Shown: piece by piece, positions 40,381 through 50,834 of the stretch | How positions within the stretch are numbered: the first letter of the stretch is position 1 | How the letters are laid out: each line of letters starts with the position of its first letter | Source of the DNA: Lepidodermella squamata | Lineage: Eukaryota > Animalia > Gastrotricha | DNA length: 64,000 bases | Reading direction: 5' to 3' | Assembly: GCA_047495785.1 (NCBI GenBank) | Contig: JBLDXI010000001.1 | Coordinates: forward strand, 2,666,001-2,730,000 | Position numbers and translations under genes: made by a program | Notes under the pieces: generated by a model | Databases searched by the model: none | What the model saw: the letters and a program-made list of their open reading frames with translations, nothing else | Told to the model about the DNA's origin: nothing

Positions 40381-42128
40381 ATGACCGAGGAAAAAGCAAT
40401 AATGAACAACGATGGCGTTGGATACAGTAGTGACCATAAAATCCCAAACCAACTGGTCAATGCAGAAGTTAACTCTGGAAAAGGAGTTTTGGATCATAGG
40501 GTTCTGGAAACATCATCCTACTCTACCTACTGGAGTAGATGGTATGGTAGAAATATTACAACCCCTGTCGGAAAATATAATATTTTGCATTAGGTATGTC
40601 CTGATTTTGTACGCAGTCCTCGGAGTCGCCAACAACATGGTTTACAGTACGATAAGCCCGATTGCCAATTACGCTGAACCTGCCCTCGGTTTAACGCAAA
40701 CTGACATCAGCTTACTTGCAAACTGGTACAACATAATGTTCTGTGTCGGAGTGTTTCCGTACATGTATTTGGTTCAAAAGAAAGGATTAAGGATGCCAAT
40801 AGCTTCAGGAGCTGCTTTTACTGTGAGCAAAATTATTTTCTACTGCCAACAAGGCCCTTTGACATCTAATATTTAGGCCATTGGGGCTTTCGTTCGATGT
40901 TTGAATACTCACGGCCAATGTCCTAGTTTCGATACGGCAATGCTACATCTCGGTCAAGCTATTAATGGTCTAGCTTCGTCCATCCTTTGGTTCGCCTGCA
41001 CGAAACTTTCAGCCGTCTGGTTTCCACCCCACGAGAGAGCTATAAGCACCTCAATTGGGCTAGTCACTGGAGGCAGTGGGGTAGCCATAAGTTTCGTTGT
41101 CGGGCCAAATGTCGTCGAAGGTTTAGCTTCGAAATGGTCGGGAAATGACCCATCTCAAGAAGACTACGCAAATGCTATTAGATTTCTTCTCTACGGCGAA
41201 TGCATTGTCTGTTGCTTCCTATGTTTCCTGACGCTGATTTACTTCCCATCCGAGCCGCCAACACCTCCGTGTTACAGCGCTACGTCAGATAGATTCGAAT
41301 TCATCAAAGGACTGAAACAATTCTCCAAAAGTAAAGACGCTTGGCTCATTTTCGCACTTTACAGCGTTTCTGGAGCAGTGCTAGGTGATTTCGTCAACTC
41401 TGTTTCCTATTTAATCACTCATCGCGCTGATTTGTTTAGGGGGCTGGACGCAATTTCTCGCAATCACCGTCAAAGATGTCATGGGCGATATCGAATCAGG
41501 ATGGCTCGGCTGCGCGATTACAATTGCTTCTGTGATTTCGGGGCCGGTAACTATCTTTTGATAAATAATTTACTTTTTCTATCTTCAGCATTTTCTTTGA
41601 CAGCTGCTGTCCCTAACAACCAAGTTCTGGATTGAACGACATGCAAAAACTGTTTGCACTGCCATGATATTCATTGGTGCCAGCTGTATGACAGTTTTCT
41701 GGGTGTCAGAGGCGTTTGTCCGCTCTATGCTTTCAGCTGGGCTTTGTTGGGGAACGCTAGTACCTGGGGCTTTATTCGTCACGGCTTGCCAGCCGATGTG
41801 GTGGGAGATGGCATGCGAAGCAGCTTACCCAGTACCCGAGCAAATCGTGGCTGGAATTTTCGCGCTGGGAAGCACGGCTTTCAATGTCGTTTTCTTTCTA
41901 CTCTACTCTTTTCCGCAACTTGGAACTCAGTGGGCTAATTGGTGTCTGGCTATCAGCTTGATGGGCTGCGTGCCCATAATTTTCTTCTACAGCGGGCAAG
42001 CGCGACGGCTAGCCGATGATTGCAGAGCCGAAGAACAGCGACAAGCCGCGATTAATCAGAGCGGAAATTACTCCAAACTGAACGACTCGTGTTATCCAAA
42101 TGCTTTTCAAGAAAATGTCCAACCATAA
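40381..42128 (+). CDS. SLC49A4/DIRC2-like MFS transporter, copy 10 (4 introns)
   Basis: YWSRW|YVL, KGLR, WFPPHER, FPSEPPTPP, QPMWWEMACEAAYPVPE. Confidence 0.9.
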
Positions 42129-42267
42129 ATAAAGTTGTAACAATCACGTAAAATTGATGTCAGCAAGTTTATTTCTTCACAGAAGTGTTGAGCATAACTA
42201 TATCGGTAATATAAACAAAGACAAAGCACAAGAATTGAAAAGCGGCGTCTTATTGCAGTGATCTGGT

Positions 42268-43474
42268 TCAATATTGACGCCCATTTGATGGCGGCGGCGG
42301 AATTGATGGAGGTTGAAAGGCTGGAGGGACTGTCGGAGGCGGCGCGAATTGAACTGCCGGTGGCGGGTAACCAGGAGGGAGAGCCGGTCCTATATAATAT
42401 CAGCCGTGTAATCACTCATTTTCAGAATTGATACCGCAAAATCCGAATTACAAGGCACTGCCTTATATTTTGATCAATGAAGCCCCAGCCAATGCCTTAT
42501 AAATGAGACATGCCATCTATTTTTTAATGGCACCTTTTTCTGTCGGGCAGAGCAGGTTTCAATAGCTACATATCGCATCCTGAAACTTCCTTTAACGCGC
42601 TAATTCACTTCTGATGAGAGTACTTATTAGCTGGAGTATTAGCTGGAGAAAATACTTTCTCGCCCCAAAAAACTGCGGGGTGCCTTGGGAGGCTCAAATA
42701 ACATTAAACCATGTTTTATAATTAGGACCTGTGACATGTCCAGAATTTCAATTATTGACCTCAACACTCTACATAATGAACGAGGCTAACCTCTAGCAAG
42801 TTTCTGCCTTTAATACGGATTTTACGGTTGCTTTCATATTCTTATAGCAGTGACTAGTGATATCAAGGATCCGTGATATTTATATGTATATAGGACTCTT
42901 ACCTGCTGCAACAGGCGGTGGAGGCAAGCCAACAGGAGGACGCGGTAAGCCGGGCGGCGGCACGCCTATATAGGACCAAATTAGCGTTTATGAGCTTTTT
43001 TACAAAAATAGTACCAGGAACGAGCATAGGAGGAGGAGGCCCCACCATTGGTGGTAACGGCATTCCAGGTCGGAAACCAGGGGGCATCATTCCAGGAGGA
43101 GGTAACGCCATACCTCGCATCGTCGATCTATTTTTGAAGGCGGCGGCTAAAAACAGATAAATTTAGCCACAATTTAATGGTTAAATTAATGATGAAGAAC
43201 ATACTAGTTTCATCGACGATCTTTTGCACTTGTTCTTCAAGCCAGTGTTGATAATAATCCCGAACGCTGTCCTTATGTTTTCTGCCACTGCAATGAGTTT
43301 TCCTGACCGAGGGCTGCAATGGTAAAATTTAATAAAAATTGATTTGAGGGTGGTTTCAAATACTAACCGAATCGTGCGTCAAATACGTATCGCAGTAATC
43401 GCAATAGTATCTGAAAAATATGGAGAGGTAATTTTTCCTGTGAAGGGTCAAGAATTTGAAGCTTACTTTGGCAT
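42268..43474 (-). CDS. SNRPC: U1 snRNP protein C (6 exons)
   Basis: MPK|[14 protein letters not shown]|[36 protein letters not shown] zinc finger, followed by a Pro/Met/Gly-rich tail. Confidence 0.97.
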
Positions 43475-43716
43475 TCCGTGAATAATCCTGATATTGTGCA
43501 ATAATAACCTAAATCAAATAGCAATCAGAGAGGGGAGAGGGAATGATAAACGATAAACACAAAAGCGGTTGAATTTCCAAGAGCCAAAATCCGAATTTGG
43601 CCCTGTTGTCGGCTTAAAGTCTCGCAGCTGAACGGTGAACAAGATCAGCTAAGCCAGATAGCTGGTTATTGCAGGAAACAAGGTATGCTATCCAGCTCAG
43701 CTGAGTAACAACGCCG

Positions 43717-44037
43717 CAGAGCTCCAAAAAGACGGTAATATAGTAATTAAATTACGAGACAGATTCAGAGGCTCAGCTGATAGGGTAACAAGATTGGATG
43801 AGTTTCCTGCGATTTGTCTCGCTAATCTCACGTATTTTGATTGTTGGGGAGTCGCTGGGCCATTTAGATCCTAAGTTTTTGTAGGAAAACTCTTTTTGCC
43901 CATTCAAATTGCCTGTAATCTACGCGAGTAAGGAGTCGAAATGACAACCATGTCATGTTTTTGTAATGGAAGGCAAGAGACAGTTTCTAAAATTGTCTGA
44001 CCGGTTACGAGACAGAAAACCACTTTTTGGAGCACTG
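43717..44037. mobile_element. Non-autonomous hAT MITE with perfect 8-bp TSD
   Basis: TIR CAGAGCTCCAAAAAG / CTTTTTGGAGCACTG (one mismatch). CAACGCCG on both flanks (43709-43716, 44038-44045). Internal repeated ACGAGACAGA. Confidence 0.88.
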
Positions 44038-44930
44038 CAACGCCGGTAAGTAGAGGGTAGAGGGTAAAGGCAACACAGCTAAATCAGTAAATCTTTGAAG
44101 TTTTCCGTGAGCGCGATAGTTTCTTACATCAGCTTCTTCATGCTAGATCATAACATTTATTCCTTTCAAGCACAAGAACGGCGCTAATGTGTCAAAGCGT
44201 CATTCAGCCGTGAGCGCAAACGACCAAAAACTGCGAAATTTCAGTTCAGCTGCGCTTACTTTAAGCTGAGCTTGTTACGTAGAGCAGCGGGGCCGGATTT
44301 AACTATCAGTTTTACATGTGCAGTCCACATTTCAATCCGCGAGCCACGGAAAATGGTCCACCGGTAAGATAAGTCCGGGATTATAGAACCTTTTTCATTT
44401 TGTTTTAAATGTGAAACCCTTCATTCATTTTTGAAGTCCTTAATGTTTCTCAATTTCGATATAAACTATTTGAGCTGTTGTTTTATAGTTCATATGACGT
44501 TTTGAAATATTTTATTTTTCAGTTTATCTTGTGATCGAGGGAGTCTCAGTTAGTTCAGCATTTTTAACGCGGGAACTCCGCTTGACTTGAAAACGGGTGG
44601 GGCTGTGACCGCTGTGACCGATCAGATAAGACGTAGTCCTAAACGCGTGCGAACTCAAACCTCACAACTAAGTCTCGACTGAAGCCAGTCGATCATCGGG
44701 CTAATCGGGCTAAAATGTTGGCCTGATGACCTTATGCGCGCTGCCTGCTTTTGATACTTTGAACCATGAACGAAAGCCCACAGCCAACTGGCTGTTGACT
44801 TTCATAGTGTTTGATTTTTAAAGTTCAAATTGGTTTTTGTTCATAATTTTTCAAGTGCGTTTTATTCATACCTAGTTGTTCTTGCTCAGTTCTTTCTATC
44901 ACTGTAATAACTCTGACGGAAAATATTAAC

Positions 44931-45867
44931 ATGACCCAAGCTGCAAAAGGAAAAACGTTGACGAACAATCCCTTTGGAGAACTTGATTTGAGACTTAATC
45001 CTGAGAAAAATCTAACTCAGCCGACCGAGGATGAACCAGCGCGTACCCTGATCGTCGGAAATCTTGGTGATCGGGTTGGTGAAGAGGTTCTGTTTGAACT
45101 CTTCTTGCAGGTTAGTTTCAATTGAACTCAATGTTACTTTTATCAATATTTGATTTCAGGCGGGACCGTTATCTGGCATTCGAATGCCCAGGGATAAGGC
45201 CACTCACAGGCCAACCGGAATGGCTTTTGTTGTTTTTAAACATCCTGCATCTGTCGATTTCTCGATTCGATTGATGGCGGGAATTCGACTTTATGGTCGA
45301 GAACTTGTTCTTACAAAGATGGATGCGGGAGTCGGTGCAAGAATCGATCCTGTAATCGCGCAAGTCAATCCTATCATACCACAAAGCTCAATGACACACG
45401 GCCCAAATCTAAGCCGCGGTATTGTCGAAATTCATTGTCCTATTTCATTAAATTGCTGTTTCCATGCCTTAGCTCATTCCGATATTAGCCAGCAGGTTAA
45501 TCGCAACGATCAATTCATGTATTCAATGGCCCCTCGCCCTTTGCTAATGGCGCCCCCGCCGCCGCCTCCGTTGTTTGCGATGAACAAACCGAACTATGGA
45601 TATTACAGTCCCGTACAGCCCTCCTTCCACCCTCCAATGTACGCTCCTCACTCAGATCCTGCTAGTTACAATAACGGCCAAGGAAATAACCGACGCACCT
45701 CTTATGACTCAGGAGACCGTTCTCGAAACGGCCAAGGTCACTATAGTAATAATCATCACAATCAACAGCCCAATCAAACCAGCGGATATAGCAAAAACGA
45801 GACGCCTCGCAGACCAATGCCATATTCAAGGCCGCAATCACAATCTCGAGGAAATAATTGGCGTTAG
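44931..45867 (+). CDS. RBM7: RNA-binding protein 7/11 (RRM; NEXT complex)
   Basis: RTLIVGNL..RV.EEVLFELFLQ|AGP...MPRDK...AFVVFKHPASVDFSIRLMAGIRLYGREL. Intron 45111-45159 and probable intron 45419-45472. Confidence 0.88.
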
Positions 45868-46399
45868 ATTGTGTAGTCCATTAGGTCACAAATGTTGCTG
45901 AAATTGGCGCGTTCTCTAGATCTTTTCTTTCGTCTTTGCCAAGTTTCACTTCAATTCTTATTAGCACAGAGGCAGCCGTTTTCCGTTTTTTCTTTAAAAT
46001 TAAGCGACTTCGGGGAACTCAGTATTCAGTTTATGTTTCGTTTATGAATTTCTTTCTATAAAATTTGGCGTCGCAAAGAAAAAAAAACAAAAAATTATAC
46101 CGCCAATTTTGAAAGAAACATGTAACCGCAGCGCTGAGGCAACAGCTTGGATGAGGGATTAGTTTCTTTTTCATTAAGTTTCACTGTTGTTGAGTTTTTC
46201 ATTGCCATGTTTCACTGAATGAAGAGCTTGGTAGGGACACCCCATTAATTCCTCATCCACTGCTGTGCCGTCTCCGCCGCATCTTGATAGCCGAAAAACC
46301 ATGGCTTTCTTTTTTTGCATTTATGAAGTGAACTTGTATCAAGTGTTGTTTTTATTCATAGGTTGTTATAATTTCACTGATTATTCGTCTTCATTAGTA

Positions 46400-48613
46400 A
46401 TGTTATTGCGGCTTTGCAACCGCCAAGCTGTTGGGAATTTCAAGCTCCTTACTTCTGCAAATAGACTCATTTCGACATCTATTTCAAAAAGGCCACCATC
46501 TTTGAGATTTCTGAAAGGTAAAACTCTCCTGCTCTCGGGACTTGTTGGAGCAGCTGCAACCGGAGCTTTATTCCTCGGAAAAAATTGTCCCGTGGTTTAT
46601 TCAAAGGAATCTGATTTGGAACATGCCATTGTTGAAGAAATTGAGGAGATCAAATCGGAAATTATCGAGGAGAAAGAAGCTGAAGTAACTTCTTCATTCC
46701 TTGGCGTGCCCGTTGTGTTTTGGCAACAGGTCTACGATATTTCGAAAGGAAAATTTTGGGTTCTAGCTATCGCAATCGTTTCTGCTGTCGCTTCAGCTTA
46801 TTTCAACGTGAAAATCGGCCTTCAAATCGGTGACTTGATTAACGTGATTTCGAGATACATCCGAGTGCCTAATAATAATAACGCTGACGATGCAATTCCA
46901 GATTTTAATTACCTCTCAACCGAGGTAGTGAAACCATTGGTGCGTCTTGTAATAAGTTACATCGCCCAAGCTGCTGCTACATCTTCGTATATTACTGCAA
47001 TGTCGTATTTCGGTGAACACCTCGGCGTTGAATTTCGAGTGAAATTGCTTGAAAAACTGCTGTTGATGGACGCGGAATTTTACGACCGGCGCCATCGTAT
47101 CGGAGATTTGCTCAATAACATAACTCACGACACGCAGCAATTTAAGAGCGCTTTCAAACAAGTTGTTGGTCAGGGATTGAAAAATAGCGTTCAGATCGCG
47201 GGTTGTATTTGGTCTCTTGTTATCATTTCGCCAACTTTGGCGGCATCCCTGGGCCTGCCCCTTTTGGGCATGATTTTCGTCGGGTCAGGTATTGGACGAC
47301 TCCTGCGGAAAATGTCTCACGAAGCTCAAGGGAATCTAGCAAAAAGCACCTCTTTAGCGTCGGAGAGTCTTTACGGAGTTGCTACAATTCGAGCTTTTGC
47401 CGCTGAAAAAGACCAAACCGATCGATATGCGCATCAATTACGCAACAAGTTTTTAAGCTCCTCGATCAGCTTAGGAGCCGGTATTGGTTTGCTGCAAGGT
47501 TTGAGCAATTTAGCGATAAATGGAATGGTTGTCAGTGTTGTTTTTCTCGGCGGTTGGCAAATTTCAACCGGTCGTATAACGCCCGGTGATTTGATGTCAT
47601 TTTTAATGGCGTCTCAAAGTTTGCAGCGATGCATGGCTCAAACTTCGGTGTTAATCGCTGATGTCATCAAGGGCTGCTCGGCTGCTTGCCGAATGTCTGA
47701 TATTTTGATGTTGAAACCATCGATTCCATATTCTGGAGGTCGCAAAGTCGCGTTTCACTCGCTAATCGGTGATATTGAATTCAAAGATGTGACTTTGACG
47801 TACAACTCCCGAACCCCTGTCCACGATTTTGAGTTCGATTCTGAACCAGAAAGGCAATCTGCTTTGAGTGGGATTAACCTTACCATCCCTGGCGGTACAA
47901 TTGTCGCGATTACCGGACCGTCGGGTGCTGGAAAATCAACCCTGGCGAGTTTACTCGAGCGGTTTTACGACCCATCCTCCGGCTCGATTTTCCTCGATAA
48001 AATCGATCTGCGTCTCTACGACTTGAATTGGCTTCGCCACCGTGCGATTGGTTATGTTGGGCAAGAGCCGGTTTTATTCGCCGGGTCTGTAGCTGATAAC
48101 ATTCGCTTCGGCCGTCCCGAGGCGACTGATCAGGAGGTTTACGAAGCGGCAAAGGCGGCTTCTGCGGATCAATTTATCCGAACAGAGTTGCCAGATGGTT
48201 ACGATACAATGATTGGAGAACGTGGAGTTTTGTTATCAGGGGGTCAAAAGCAACGAATCGCACTTGCCAGAGCATTAATTAAGGTAGATTTTATCAATTG
48301 ATAGAGAAATTTGGCTAATTCGTTCATTCTTTCATTTCAGGACCCTCCGATTTTGGTTTTAGACGAAATTACAAGTGCGTTGGACGCGGAAAGTGAGCGG
48401 GCTATTCACCGAGCGTTGGAGCAAGGTTCTCCCCACGGCCGAACTGTCGTAATGATCACGCACAGGCTGAACTGGGCCCGGTCAGCCGATAAAATAATCG
48501 TAATCGACGCTGGGAAGGTTGTCGAAGAGGGCTGTCACGAGGCTTTACTGGCAAAACGTGGCGTATATTACAAACTGTGGAATGAACAGCACAAAGGGGA
48601 CGCGAAAAAATAG
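46400..48613 (+). CDS. ABCB8: Mitochondrial ABC half-transporter; exons 46400-48283, 48341-48613
   Basis: Presequence; ABCB8-type motifs QQFKSAFKQVVGQGLKN and GDLMSFLMASQSLQRCMAQ; Walker A GPSGAGKST; LSGGQKQRIALAR; Walker B ILVLDE. Confidence 0.9.
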
Positions 48614-48805
48614 ATCTGTTATGCAATAGTGAAATTACCTATTCAGTTTGTTTCTGTCTTTCACACGCGATAAATACCTAGCCAAAAAATCTAGCTCTAT
48701 GCAAAAACTGCTGTTTGGTTATAATATGAAATGAAATATTTGAATATGATGGCTTGCCTTGTTTTGAAAAATGCGATTTTCAACGATAGTTATTTACAAT
48801 TTGCG

Positions 48806-49950
48806 ATGGCTGATGTGTTTGGAGACGTTGCCGAATTAGCAGCTGGCGATAACACGGAGGGCATATCAGCTTTGAATCACTTGATCGCAGGTTGGGTGGG
48901 CGGTTCGGCCGGAATCATTGTTGGCCACCCGTTCGACACAATAAAAGTGCAGGTGCAAACTTCAGAATCGAGATCTACCTTAAAACGGACTCTAGATTCG
49001 GTTAAAAATTTCGGCTGGTCTCATGGGTTCTTTCGCGGCCTGTCTTTTCCGCTGTATTCTCAAGGCGCGCTGAGTGCGCTTTTCTTCGCAGGCTACGGCT
49101 ACACGCTCGAAACTTTGAAGCGGAAATACCCTGAGTAAGAAATCGCAAAATCACACGATTGAAAAATTCTAAAAATTTCTGCCTAGGTCTCCAGAGGTGT
49201 TCAGAGCCTTTGTTGCTGGTTGTGTTGGTGGGGCTATGCAGGTTATACCGTGTTGTCCAACCGAAATAGCCAAGTGCAATCTTCAAGCCCGCATTTGTAA
49301 GATCATTTCAAAGCCTTGAATCAATTCGAAACGTCCTCTTTCTTACCTGTAGCTCCCGATTCAGATCGTTTCTACCGCGGTCCAGTAGATTGCCTCAGGT
49401 CTATATACCGAGAAAACGGGTTTAGAGGCTGTTTCCGAGGCCTTGGCATTCACTCATGTCGTGATATCATTGGATATGGCACTTACACTGCTGGCGATAT
49501 TTATTTTATGTGTAAGTTGCAGAAATAATGATTTTCTACAGGTCCATGAAAGGCTTCAAATTCGAATCATAAACAGTTCTTTAGCCTAATTTACTCCCAT
49601 TTTGAGTACTTATTCACAATCTTTAATGTCCTACAATATTTTCAGCCGCGCTTCATCCATATACCTCGCACTCGCTGGCTCCGGCCAGTTTCCTCGCCGG
49701 TGGCTTAGCCGGTAGTGTTTCTTGGTTTGTCGTCACCCCGTTCGACGTTCTAAAATCGCGCATTCAATCCAACAACATGAAACTTGGATTTGGAGGTTTC
49801 TTCCGCTTTGTTGCTCACATCGCGCGAACCGAGGGCTGGCGGGTGTTCTTCAAAGGTGGTCTTATGAATGTTGCTCGGGCGTTTCCTGTCAACACTGTCA
49901 CCCTGCCGCTGTATCATTTCTGCGAAAAAGCGCTCAAAGACGTGTTGTGA
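48806..49950 (+). CDS. Mitochondrial carrier, SLC25A29/45/47/48 subfamily (4 exons)
   Basis: Three carrier repeats: AGWVGG...VGHPFDTIK, CPTEIAK...YRGPVDC...FRGL...RD, FLAGGLAG..SW...TPFDVLKSRIQ...RAFPVN. Confidence 0.88.
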
Positions 49951-50834
49951 TTTTTCACTCGCCGTATTTATTCTTTCCTTTTTATCTGCAATAATTTACG
50001 ATGATCAGATGACATTATAGTTTTTGTGCAATTTTTTCAAGATTAGGCATTCGATGATCCTCATTCTTGTAGTTCGTTGACACACTCATTGGCTGAAGCT
50101 TGAAATCAGAACTTTCATAGCCTGATTTATTTTAAATCAACGCCTTCGATTTTTAATCATGTGTTCAGTTGCTGTGATTTCATCTCAAATTACCGGGTGA
50201 AAGGAAAATAAAAGACCAAATGATTTTCAATTACGTTGGATGATTTATTTGGAGAATAATCGCGCATTAAAACACATTTTTCGCCTCGAAACACAGAAAA
50301 CAAGTCGTTTTGATAATAATATATTATTAATAATAATTAACAGCTGATTCATTCACAGATGTTTTTTTCTTGAACATGATAAATAATGTAAGTAATAAGT
50401 TTTGTGACAACAAAATAACCGAAAATGTAGGTAGCAAGACGTGATTTCGCTTACGACTCAAATCGCATTTGGGAAAAGAAATCGTGAATTGCGAGCGGTA
50501 AAATTCATTTTTTCTCAGGTTTTCCCACGAGGATGCACCAAAAATAAGAGACGAGTATGCTGAACAACGTGATGGTGGAAACTCAGCCGGCGTGATAGCT
50601 AGGTCGTGTAATTTTAATCAGCAGCTAGCAAATTATTTTTTTTCACGCTCAAAATGACACATAAATAACAACTGCTAATAATTAATATGTAGCAGGTGAG
50701 GCGGTAAAAGCACATTGATTGTTGTTAGGCAGAACAGCAGCAGTTTTGGTGTAGGTAACAGGCAGCAAGCAGTTCCAAGGACTATAAAATCGATTTTTTT
50801 ATCTCATATTTTTTATACCGACTTCTTCACTATT

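Noticed and set aside
42575-42665. snoRNA or hammerhead in the SNRPC intron (CTGATGAG)
   Set aside because: Wrong strand for an intronic snoRNA and the required stems do not form.
49490-49545. Non-canonical splice site in the SLC25 gene
   Set aside because: A canonical GT-AG intron 49512-49645 gives an in-frame product of the expected length.
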